Assembly (NCBI RefSeq): GCF_963921235.1 | Contig: NC_086100.1 | Coordinates: 199,766,001 to 199,830,000 of the forward strand | Source of the DNA: Mobula hypostoma | Lineage: Eukaryota | Direction: 5' to 3' | DNA: 64,000 bases | Shown: positions 50,990 to 62,362 of the stretch, piece by piece | Numbering within the stretch: position 1 is the stretch's first letter | Layout of the letters: each line of letters opens with the position of its first letter | Program-made: the position numbers and the translations under genes | The notes under the pieces: model-generated | The model's database searches: none | Told to the model about the DNA's origin: nothing | Seen by the model: only the letters and a program-made list of their open reading frames with translations

Positions 50990-52650
50990 AATGGACGGCA
51001 CCCTGGCAGGGACTGCAAGACATTACTTCTTACAAAGCGAAACCCAATAGTATGAATGGCAGTGATGCTTCACTACCAGATGAACTTAATGCCTTCTGTG
51101 CACTCTTTGAAAGGGAGAATACAACTACAGCTGTGAAGATCTATGCCGCACCTGATAACCCTGTGATCCCTGTCTCAGAGGCCAATGTTAGGATGCCTTT
51201 AAAGAGAGTGAACCCCCGCAAGGCGGAAGGTCCCAATGGAGTACCTGATATGGCTTTGAAAACCTGTGCCAACCAACTAGCAGGAGTATTCAAGGACATT
51301 TTCAACGTCTCACTGCTACAGACAGTAGTTCCCACTTACTTCAAAAGGCAACAATTATACCAGTACTGAAGTAGAATAATGTGGGCTGCCTTAACCACTA
51401 TCACCCGGTAGCACTCACATCGACAGTGATGAAACGCTTAGAGAGGTTGGTTATGACTGCACTCCTGCTTCAGCAAAGACCTGGACCCATTGCAATTTGC
51501 CTATTGTCACAATAGGCCAACGACAGACCCAATCTCCATGGCTCTTCACACGGCTTTAGACCACCCGAACAACACTAACACCTACATCAGGATGCTGTTC
51601 ATCGACTACAGCTCTGCATTTAATACCATCATTCTCACAATCCTAATTGAGAAGTTGCAGAACTTGGGCCTCTGTACCTCCCTCTGTAATTGGATCCTCG
51701 ACTTCCTAACCGGAAGACCACAGTCTGTGCGGATTGGTGATAACATATCCTCCTCACTGACGATCAACACTGGCGCACCTCAGGGGTGTGTGCTTAGCCC
51801 ACTGCTCTACTCTCTATATTCACATGACTGTGTGTCTAAGCGTAGCTCAAACACCAACAACGACCTGGCACTCAACGTCAGTAAGACGAAAGAGCTGATT
51901 TTGGACTTCAGGAAGGGTAAAATGAGGGAACACATACCAATCCTCATAGAGGGATCAGAAGTAGAGACAGTGAGCAGCTTTAAGTTCCTGGGTGTCGAGA
52001 TATCTAAGGATCTAACCTGGTCCCAGCATATTGATGTAGTGATAAAGAAGGCAAGACAGTGGCTATACTTTATGAGGAGTTTGAAGTGGTTTGGCAAGTC
52101 AACAAATACACTCAAAAACTTCTATAGTTGCACGGTGGAGAGCATTCTGACAGGCTGCGTCACTGTCTGGTATGGAGGGGCTACTGCACAAGACCGCAAG
52201 AAGCTGCCGAAGGTTGTAAATCTAGTCAGCTCCATCTTGGGCACTAGTCTACAAATATCCAGGACATCTTTAGGAAGCGGTGTCTCAGAAAGTCAGTGTC
52301 CATTATTAAAGACGTCCAGCACCCAGGGCATACCCTTTTCTCACTGTTACCATCAGGTAGGAGATACAGAAGCCTGAAGGCACACACTCTGCGATTCAGG
52401 AACAGCTTCTTCCCCTCTGGCATCCGATTCCTAAATGGACATTGAAGCTTTGGACACTTCCTCGCTTCTCAATATACAGCATTTCTGTTTTCACACATTT
52501 TAACAATCTATTCATTACACATAATTGATTTACTTGTTTATTTATTATTATTATCTCTGCTAGATTATGTATTGCATTGAACTGCTGCTGCAAAGTTAAC
52601 AAATTTCACACGCGGTGATAATAAAACTGATTCTGATTCCTCTGATTCTG
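50990..52650 (+). mobile_element. Rex1/Babar LINE RT fragment with 3' tail
   Basis: [22 protein letters not shown]...[11 protein letters not shown]...[17 protein letters not shown] plus (CTGATT)n tail at ~52620-52650. Confidence 0.9.
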
Positions 52651-52734
52651 AATGCCAGACACAACTTGGCCCACAAGTAACCTGTGGCAATCAACTTTAC
52701 AAGATCCTGTTGAATACCATCATGAACACGTGAG

Positions 52735-52880
52735 AATACACATCAACATCAAGATCATCATTATCATAATTATCATCAACATCATTATCATAATTATCAC
52801 CAACATCATTATCATAATTATCATCATCAAGATCAGCAGCAACATCGGCATCAACACCATCATCATCAATATCAGGATTA
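52735..52880. repeat. Degenerate (ATC/ATT)n microsatellite
   Basis: catcaacatcaagatcatcattatcataattatc... Confidence 0.9.
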
Positions 52881-53465
52881 TCGTCGTGTGTCGTGTGGTA
52901 TGGCATGGGTAATCATGATCTCTGACCATGATTATTCTTGTCAAATTTTTTCGACAGAATTGGTACGCCATTATCTTCTTCTGGGCAGTGTCTTTAAAAG
53001 ATGAGTGATCCCAGCCATTATCAACACTCCTTAGAGATTATCTGCATGGTGTCAGAATTTGTGATGTGCACCAGCTGTTCATACGACCATCCACCACCTG
53101 ATGCAATGGCTTCACATGACCCCGATCAGAGTGCTAAGCCCGGTGCTACACCTTGCCCAAGGGTGACTTGCAGGCTAGCTCACCTCCTTTGGTAGGGACT
53201 GTTGAATCAATTGTTCTCATATCAGTTGAATTAATGCAAGACTAAAATCATAGTTTTACTGACATGATTTGTGTTTGTAATAATTTGTATTTTTAACAAA
53301 CTCATGTACTTACACAGAATGTGGTAGTTCATCTCCACTTACTGGCTGAAGGCAGTATAGCAGTAAAATTGAACTTTTCATATTTTAATTGGCTAAATGA
53401 GTTATAAATATTATAATTCTGTAGCCTTTTGATTGGATTCTGATATCTCAGGAATTTCTGCAATA

Positions 53466-54830
53466 GAACATAGAACATAGAAATCTATAGCACATTACAG
53501 GCCCTTTGGCCCACAATGTTGTGCCGACAATGTAACCTACTCTAGAAACTGCTTAGAATTAACCTACCGCATAGCCCTCTGTTTTTCTGAGCTCCATACA
53601 CCTGTCTAAAAGTCTCTTGAAAGACCTGACTGTATCCGGCTCTACCACCGTCACTGGCAGTGCATTCCACACACCCAGCACTCTCTGCCTGAAAAACTTA
53701 CCCCTGACAACCCCCTTGACCCTATTTCCAAGCACCTTAAAACTATCCCCCTCATGTTTGCCATTTCACTCCTGGGAAAAAAGCCTCTGTCTATCCACAA
53801 GATCAATGCCTCTCATCATCTTTTACACCGCTATCAGGTCACCTCTTATCCTCCGTCACTCCAAGGAGAAAAGGCCGAGTTCACTCAACCTATTCTCATA
53901 AGGCATGCTCCCCAATCCAGGCAACATCCTTGTAAATCTCCTCTGCACTCTCTCTATATTATCCACATCCTTCCTGTATTGAGGTGACCAGAACTGAACA
54001 CAGTATTCCAAGCGGGGTATAACTAAGCTCTTATATAGCTTTAACATTACCTCATGGCTCTTGAAGTCAATCCCAGGGTTGATGAAGGTCAACACGCCTG
54101 ATGCCTTCTGAACAACACTGTCAACCTGCAGCATCTTTGAGTGTCCTATGGACATGGACCCCAGGATCTCGCTGATCCTCCACACTTCCAAGAGTCTCAC
54201 CGTCAATATTATATTCTGTCTTCAAATTTAACCTACCACAATGAACCACTTCACACTTATCTGGGTTGAACTGCATCTGCCACTTCTCAGCCCAGTTCTG
54301 CATCCTATCGATTTCACACTGTAACCTCCAACAGCCTCCAGACTATACACGACAGGCCCAACTTTTGTGTCATCACTACCCCACTCTTCTACTTCCTCAT
54401 CCAGGTAATTTATGAAAATCATAAAGAGGAGGGCTCCCAGAACAGATCAGTATGGAACACCACTGGTTACCGCCCTCCATGCAGAATACGAACCATCGAC
54501 AACCACCCTTTATCTTCTGTGGGCAAACCAATTCTGGATCCACAAAGCAATGTCCGCTTGGATCCCTTGCCTCCTTATTTTCTGAAGGAGCTTTGCATGG
54601 GGAACCTTATCAAATACCTTACTGAAATCCATATGCACCTCACCCACTGCTCTACCTTAGTCAATGTGTTTTGTTACATCCTCAAAGAATTCAATCAGGC
54701 TCGTAAGGCACAACCTGCCCTTGACAAAGCCATGCTGACTATTCCTAATCATATTATGCCTCGCCAAATGCTCATAAACCCTGCCTCTCAGGATCTTCTC
54801 CAACAACAGGATACTTACCTCCACTGAAGT
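53466..54830 (-). mobile_element. CR1 RT/3' fragment
   Basis: SQHGFVKGRLCLTSLIEFFEDVTK; PRLEYCVQFWSP; tail AGAACATAGAACATAG. Confidence 0.92.
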
Positions 54831-55486
54831 AAGTATCTCGAGTATCAAGGTGGTAGATTTGTCAAAGGTGCCATCTTTTTATTGAATCTATAAAGTCTCT
54901 TTAATCTCTCCTTTGTTTCTCAGCTCCTCATTTAGTTTCAAATGCTCTGCATCTTTGTTTAAACTTTAAAATAAGTGATCGTGAAGAATCAAAGTTTTTC
55001 TCTCATTCCTGACCTCCTAAAGGAACCCAGGGATTGAAAATAACTGAGATCCAACAAGACATATCGCCATCCCACCACCAAGTAGCAGCAATGGCAAATG
55101 GTGCCGTGTTCAGAGAATCATATTTACAGTGGAACGAGGGGGGTGGGCACAACAAACTTACTTTGCAACATCAACAAAACAGCTGAACTCATGAGCTTAT
55201 GGGCCAAATGGAATTTATAATTTTTGGTCACCACCTCAGATATTCACTTTTAGATGACAAAGATAAAAAATAAGGGAAATATCCACCAGGTACGTAGAAA
55301 CAGATGCTTCCTGGCCAGCTACAAATTTCCAACACATTTCAGTTTTCTGGCATCCACTTTGTCTTTATGTAACTTGAAATTTGAAATAATTCTACAAAAC
55401 TGAAATATAATGTGGACATTTCGTTGTGAGGTACATCACTGCAATATCAACAGACATTAATATTTGTTAACTTTTCTCTATTCCAG

Positions 55487-55550
55487 ATCCATTATCTCAG
55501 GAGAATCCAATGGAGACGGGTTTGCACAATGGAAATGTGTCGGGATCCAG
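55487..55550 (+). CDS. APOL: Apolipoprotein L short upstream exon (ATG at 55510 or phase-1 entry)
   Basis: ttttctctattccag| acceptor and CAG|GTAACA donor; its phase-2 end joins in frame to the exon at 56301 (AG+G=Arg, RDQDERKK). Confidence 0.7.
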
Positions 55551-56300
55551 GTAACAAAGATTGCACCTTGTTAGAGGACAGTGAAAATCTTCACAACTGA
55601 CGTCCCAAATCAGTCTTATTGGTCAATTACCAATCATTGTCTATACCTGATTATCATCATGAGGTGATCAATAAATGAATAACAAGGGTAATCAGTAAAA
55701 CAACATGATTATCAATATTCATAGAGCTGTTATAATTCATGAAGGCACGGTTGGGATTAATTGAAAGGAAATACCAGGATGATCAATAAATTGTTAGATT
55801 AATTGCCAAAGACAAGGTCAGATTTCTCAGTGGTAAGAATTCAGGAGAGATGGAATGATGGAGGGAGCCTGTACTGATGTATTCCCTGCCTCTGGAACAC
55901 CAATTGCAACTTTTCCAGAAACCCCCAATGGGAGCTCAGTAAGGTTCCCTGCTATTTATCCCGACTTCAGATCTGTGATATTGGTAGATCTCTCAGTCAC
56001 CGACAATCTACAAATGCAATAATTGCCAAACAAAAAACGTGGACTCACCGACCTACAACAGCAGCAAACATTGTCAGAAAGTCGATCTCAATATTTGTTC
56101 CTTACAGTATTCATCTCATCAGCATGATCACCCTGATGGGAACACATTGGTTCTGAACTCCATCATTTCACTTTTGCATGACCAGTCCATCCTGTTTTTT
56201 GAATTCTTACACTTTGTTGTGATTCAGTTTCTGTCAATGCAATTTTAAGAATGTGTTTATTGCAAAATGAGAGGGGGTCATTATTTGTTATTCTTAACAG

Positions 56301-57280
56301 GGACCAAGATGAACGAAAAAAGAGAACAAAGACCATACAAGACTTTGTAAATGAGTTTCCTAAATGGGAACGTCGAATGAACAGTCATATACGTGAACTA
56401 CAAGAGATTGCAGATGGTATTGACCGATATCATAAAGGTGCAACAATTGCAAATGTTACTGGGTCATCTGCAGGGGCTGTGGGTGGTGTCCTCACCCTGG
56501 CAGGAATCATTGCTGCTCCTTTCACGGCAGGCGTCTCCTTGGTACTCACTGCTGTGGGAGCGAGTATAGGTGGAGCTGGTGCTGCCACTAACTTGACAGC
56601 TGGCATCACTGAATATGTTGACCGGTCAATTAAACAAAAAAAGGTAGATGAGATCATAAGACGATATAAAAGTGATCAGAAGGAAATGTCAGAACACTTG
56701 ACAGACATCTGCAGTGATCTCCAGTTCTTGAGTCATCTCATTGAGGAAGGAATTACAGAATGTGATGATAATGAAGGCACAACGAGGGATTTTCCAGCAA
56801 AGGAAGTCTCCAATAAATGCAGGGGAAAATGTTTGGCCACAGTTAAAGCTGGATTGCAATCTGGTTCCATCAGCATGAAAACACTGAATGTGACAACATC
56901 AATAATGGCCAAACAAGTACTGAGCAAAACACCTGGTCTCAAAGAACTAGCTGAGAAACTGACAGCACTGAGTCACACTGCTCAGAAAACAAAGTACGCA
57001 ATGGGAAACGGAAAATGTGAAACATCTACTTTATGGCACTCCCCTGGCATTGTCCAAAATGACAAGAGCTGTTTCAGGAGTTGTGGGAGCACTCTTTATA
57101 GCGTGGGATATCTACTCCATTGCAAAGGACTCCATTGAGCTCAGCAAGGGAAGTAAATCTGAAGTAGCTAGAAAGATACGAGATGAAGCTCAGAAGATGG
57201 AGGATGCATTAAAACTCTACGGCGACATCTGTCAATTTCTAAAAAGGTTCTTGAGAGAGACTGGGTCCAGGCATTGGTAA
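56301..57280 (+). CDS. APOL: Apolipoprotein L family main exon, with one +1 frameshift near 56972-57020
   Basis: FVNEFPKW...IRELQEIADGIDRYHKGATIANVTGSSAGAVGGVLTLAGIIAAPFTAGVSL; C-terminus GALFIAWDIYSIAKDSIELSKGSKSEVARKIR is in the +1 frame (ORF 57017-57280). Confidence 0.92.
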
Positions 57281-57293
57281 AGTCCAGAGGATT

Positions 57294-58037
57294 GTCATAG
57301 TTGTAGTCATACTTTATTGATCCCGGGGGAAACTGGTTTTCGTTACAGTTGCACCATAAATAATAAATAGTAATAGAACCATAAATAGTTAAATAGTAAT
57401 ATGTAAATTATGCCAGTAAATTATGAAATAAGTCCAGGACCAGCCTATTGGCTCAGGGTGTCTGACCCTCCAAGGGAGGAGTTGTAAAGTTTGATGGCCA
57501 CAGGCAGGAATGACTTCCTATGACGCTCTGTGCTGCATCTCGGTGGAATGAGTCTCTGGCTGAATGTACTCCTGTGCCCAGCCAGTACATTATGTAGTGG
57601 ATGGGAGACATTGTCCAAGATGGCATGCAACTTAGACAGCATCCTCTTTTCAGACACCACCGTGAGAGAGTCCAGTTCCATCCCCACAACATCACTGGCC
57701 TTACGAATGAGTTTGTTGATTCTGTTGGTGTCTGCTACCCTCAGCCTGCTGCCCCAGCACACAACAGCAAACATGATCGCACTGGCCACCACAGACTCAT
57801 AGAACATCCTCAGCATCATCCGGCAGATGTTAAAGGACCTCAGTCTCCTCAGGAAATAGAGACGGCTCTGACCCTTCTTGTAGACAGCCTCAGTGTTCTT
57901 TGACCAGTCCAGTTTATTGTCAATACATATCCCGAGGCATTTGTAATCTTCCACCTTGTCCACACTGACCCCCTGGATGGAAACAGGGGTCACCGGTACC
58001 TTAGCTCTCCTCAGCTCTACCACCAGCTCCTTAGTCT
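57294..58037 (-). mobile_element. Rex1/Babar 3' fragment inserted just after the APOL stop
   Basis: KTKELVVELRR...KKGQSRLYFLRRLRSF; near-identical to 39059-39770. Confidence 0.93.
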
Positions 58038-58414
58038 TAGACTGAGAAGGAGAAGGATGAAGAAGTGTCTCCTCCCTTCCACTCATGTGGCCAAGCTTGT
58101 TGTGGAATCTCTTATGGGGATATCTTATCAAAACACTTCACCGTGTAAAGAACCACATGATAGACAGAGGGCAGTGGTGGAAGGGTGTTATTCTGGCTGG
58201 TGGTCTATGACCAGGGGTGTTCCACAGGGATCAGTGCTGGGATCTCTGTTGTTTGCAACATATATAATGACTTGGACACAAATATCAATGGGTTGTTCAA
58301 TAAGTTTTCAGATTTCACACAAATTGGTGGAGTTGTAGACAGAGAAGAAGATCGTTAAAGGATACAACAAGATAGAGATCAGTTAGTTATTTCAAGATTC
58401 AAGATTGTTTAATG

Positions 58415-58492
58415 CAGGGGTTCCCAACCTTTATTGCTTTGTCCAATATCATTAAGGGAAGGGGTCCGTGGACCCCAGATTGGGAACTCCTA
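58415..58492. mobile_element. hAT (Charlie-type) MITE, 78 bp
   Basis: TIR CAGGGGTTCCCAA...TTGGGAACTCCTA; 8-bp TSD GTTTAATG/GTTTAATA. Confidence 0.75.
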
Positions 58493-59789
58493 GTTTAATA
58501 TCATTTCCAGTGCACAAGTGTAAAGGAGAACAAAATAATTGTTACTCCAGATCTGATGCAGCAAAAAAAACCACAATAAATAAAGAACACAATAAACATT
58601 GTTAAATATCGCAATAAATATAAATACATAAATTAGCTTATATACTGTATACAGATTGATTATAGTGATGGTAGGCGCTGGAGTGTCTGAACATCAGAGG
58701 ATACAACAGTATACAGATCAGTTACAGTTAGGGGCTGAGAGGTGGCTGCTGAAGTTTAATGTGGACACGTGTGAGTTTGTGCACTTTGGGAGGTCAAATG
58801 TAAGGGGAAAGTATAGTCCATGGGGCAGGACCATTAACACATCGATGTACAGAGAGATCTTGAGCTCTAAGTCCATGCTTCCCTGCAAGTGACAAAGCAA
58901 GTAGTGAAGAAGGCATCCGGCATATAGAATTGGTTATATTAACTATTAGTCAGAACTTGTCATGTGGTTGTATTGAAGTAGTGATTAGCGTTGTGCCGGT
59001 TGGTTCAAGATCTGAATGGTTGAAAGGAAGTAACCATTCCTGAATCTGGTGGTGTGGGACTTCATTGCCCTTACCGCTAGGGGGCATAGAGTGAAGAGTC
59101 AGCCAGTAAAGAGTTTACACGGCACTGTTGGGATGTGCCAGGAATTTGAAGCAGTGATGATGAATAATTGGCCTGTGCTTCCAATTCCGGATGGTTTGCA
59201 ACTCTGAGGGGAACATGCGGATGGTTGTACCAACGGTCAACAGTGTTGATGGTGGTGAGATTATCGTCATCTGCACAAGTCCATGTGTGCACAGGTACCA
59301 TGAAAAACTTACTTGCAGCAGCATCCCAGGCACATAGAGACTGTGCAAAAGTCTTAGGCACATATATATCACTAGGGTGCCTAAACCATTTAACAATACC
59401 GGAGAAACTTTATGTATTGCACTGTACCACTGCCACAAAAAAAATCATGACATATGTGAGTGATGATAAACCAGATTCTGATATTGGTCTCTATTGTGGA
59501 CTGGGAATGGGAAGGGGACAGGGAGAGGGGAATCATGGTTGGGAAAAGAGGAAAGGAGAGGGAAGGGAGTGGAAAGCACCAGACAGACATTCTGTAATGA
59601 TCAACAAACCAATTGTTTGGAATTAAATGACCTTGCCTGGTGCCTCAGGACTGGGTGTGTCTGCAGCCGCACATCGCCCACCCCTGGCACTCCTCCTTTG
59701 CCACCTGTCCCTCACCATCCCACTGCACTCCACCCTCGCCATTCCCAACATCCTTTACAAACTCACCCGCCACACCACGTTGACAAATT

Positions 59790-59870
59790 CAGTATTATGC
59801 AAAAGTCTTAGGCACCCTAGCTATGTGTGTGTGTATATATTTATATGACTAAGACTTTTGCACAGCACTG
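59790..59870. mobile_element. Tc1/mariner-type MITE, ~80 bp palindrome (partial second copy at 59339-59390)
   Basis: CAGTATTATGCAAAAGTCTTAG...CTAAGACTTTTGCACAGCACTG followed by TA. Confidence 0.7.
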
Positions 59871-59873
59871 TAG

Positions 59874-60380
59874 TGTTGTGGAGGGAAAATATTATTGTGA
59901 TTTAAAGATTTTGATAGACAAATGGTTAATATTGGCTTTCTGAGTGTGGAACCCAGTTTGCAACTTAGTTTGTTTTAGATATGGCCTTGGCTTTCAGCAG
60001 AGACAACTCTTAAGACTAAATACTTGCAGTTGCTTGTCTTATAAGAATTAGACTCAAGGATATGAAACAAACTGTTTGTTCATACACAGGACCGAATTTT
60101 TAATTTTCATCTGTTGCTCGGGATATCAGAGAACTGCATGTGAATCTATCTTATCTTTTCCAATTCACCAAGTTAATCCAACAGCCTTTGCTTTTGCAAT
60201 CGATTTGTACATGCATAAAAGGGGCTGTGCTTTCTGTATTATTGGGGGTTCGAAACCCACTGTTAAAAGTTCCACTCCCCACGATATCATGAATAAAGCT
60301 CTCTTTACTTTGAAATCCGTATCTATTTTACTTGCGATTAATTTTAATCAAATTTCCTTCACAAATTAATTTCCCTAACA
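59874..60380 (+). mobile_element. 5' LTR (507 bp) of an LTR retroelement/ERV
   Basis: TGTT...AACA termini; CATAAAA 60214; AATAAA 60292; PBS 3 nt downstream. Confidence 0.75.
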
Positions 60381-60383
60381 ATT

Positions 60384-60401
60384 TGGCACCGAAGGTGGGG
60401 C
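60384..60401 (+). other. Primer-binding site, tRNA-Lys(CUU)-like
   Basis: TGGCACCGAAGGTGGGGC matches TGGCGCCCAACGTGGGGC at 15 of 18 positions. Confidence 0.7.
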
Positions 60402-61161
60402 CCCTTTCATACGGGGTCCAATGAACCGTTGTACTGTGAGATTCTGTGAGCTTGAGAAGCGAGATTCGTGAACGAGGAAAGCCATTGTGAGCTACGCTTG
60501 GGAAGCGTTCGTGAGGAATGTTTGACCGAGATCTGCTGTGAGTCTCCGGGAGGTGGGGGGGCAGGGAATGGGATTAAGACCAGCAGGGCAAGACCGGTGC
60601 AACGAGGAGCCCGCTCAGCCGGTGACCATCCCTGAACTCCTGGACAGGCGGCAAGGCGGCAGATGGAAGACAAGGTACGAGACCAGCAGGGAGTTCACTG
60701 AATAGTCAAATTCAAGGACAATAGGGACTTTGAAGACTGAGATTAATTCTGACCAGAAAAGGGGAAGGGAATTGTGATTGGAAACTAACTAAATTTGATT
60801 ACAGGTTGACCTCAAACTAACAGGTAAGAGGTGGGTAGAAATGAAAGTAAATGCACTGGAACTTCACCGAATCCACAACCCAGAGACCTCCCGATCCACC
60901 AACAAAGGCTCCGATGAATAAACACACTGAGAAAAGGGTAAAGCAGTATAAGAAGACTAAGTAACTTCCAGGTGAGTTCGGTGGACAAGATATGACTGAA
61001 AACTGGAGGTAGCAGGTACGTGATTGATTTTCTAGCGATTTATACGGATGGAGACAGGGAGACCAGCACTATGGAAGCTCTTTTCATTAAAGAAAATTTG
61101 TTACTGGAAAGGTGGGACCAAGGGAAGGGATGGGGACCCGAAATGAATTTTGGAATACATT

Positions 61162-61680
61162 ATCACAAAATCTTGGTGGAACGCAGCAGGCCAGGCAGCA
61201 TCTACAGGAAGAAGTACAGTCAACATTTTGGGCCGAGACCCTTCATCAGGACTAATTGAGAGAAGAGATAGGAAGAGGTTTGAAAGTGGGAGGGGGAGGG
61301 GGAGAGCCGAAATGATAGGAGAAGACAGGAGGGGGAGGGATGGAGCTAAGAGCTGAAAAGTTGATTGGCAGAAGGGATACAAGGCTGGAGAAGGGAGAGG
61401 ATCATGGGACGGGAGGCCTGGGGAAAAGAAAACGGGAGGAGAGTACCAGAGGAAGATGGAGAGCAGGCAAGGAGTTATAGTGAGAGGGACAGAGAAAAAG
61501 AGAAAGAGGAAAGGGAAATAAATAAATAAACAAACAAACAAATAAATAAATAAGGGATGGGGTACAAAGGGGAGGAGGGGGAATTAACGGAAGTTAGAGA
61601 AGTCAACGTTCATAACATCAGGTTGGAGGCTACCCAGATGGAATATAAGGTGTTCCTCCAACCTGAGTGTGGCTTCACTC
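61162..61680 (-). mobile_element. Penelope-like element 3' end (GIY-YIG C-terminus, pyrimidine tract, hammerhead)
   Basis: Minus strand EATLRLEEHLIFHLGSLQPDVMNVDFSNFR*; hammerhead-like motif at 61218-61253. Confidence 0.85.
61218..61253 (-). ncRNA. Minimal type I hammerhead ribozyme (mutated core)
   Basis: AGTC CTGATGA A GGGTCTCGGCCC AAAA TGTT GACT; GAAA is changed to AAAA. Confidence 0.65.
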
Positions 61681-61714
61681 CGTTAATGCCCCTCCTCACC
61701 CTCCCACTCTTTCT

Positions 61715-62362
61715 CCCCCATGCACTCACCACTCTCTGTGTAAAATATGTACCCCTGACAGCTCCTCTGTACCCACTTCCAAGCACCTTAAAACTGTGCC
61801 CTCTCCTGCTAGCCATTTCAGCCCTGGGAAAAAGCCTCTGACTATACACACGATCAATGCCTCTCATCATCTTATACACCTCTATCAGGTCATTTCTCAT
61901 CCTCCGTCGCTCCAAGACAAAAAGGCCGAGTTCACAACCTATTCTCATAACGCATGCTCCCCAATCCAGGCAACATCCTTGTAAATCTCCTCTGCACCCT
62001 TTCTATGGTTTCCACATCCTTCTTGTAGTGAGGCAACCAGAACTGAGCACAGTACTCCAAGTGGGGTCTGACCAGGGTCCTATATAGCTGCAACATTACC
62101 ACTCAGCTCCTAAACTCAATCCCACGATTGATGAAGGCCAATGCACCGTATGCTTTCTTAACCACAGAGTCAACCTACGCGGCAGCTTTGAGTGTCCTAT
62201 GGTCTCGGATCCCAAGATCCCTCTGATCCTCCACACTGCCAAGAGTCTTATCGTTAATACTATATTCTGCCATCATATTTGACCTACCAAAATGAACCAC
62301 CTCACACTTATCTGGGTTGAACTCCATCTGCTACCTCTCAGCCCAGTTTTGCATCCTATCAA
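61715..62362 (-). mobile_element. CR1 RT/3' fragment
   Basis: RRRMRNDLIEVYKMMRGIDRV. Confidence 0.9.

Noticed and set aside
52652..52971. Poly-Ile, poly-Asp and poly-Met ORFs
   Set aside because: Translations of an (ATC)n microsatellite
46508..55550. URGCP-APOL fusion via the donor at 46508
   Set aside because: The donor is phase 0; joining to 55487 directly or via the 55255-55289 exon candidate is out of frame with APOL and stops early
56251..56300. ATG at 56251 as the APOL start
   Set aside because: It lies in intron-like sequence before a good acceptor at 56300 that is in phase with the 55487-55550 exon
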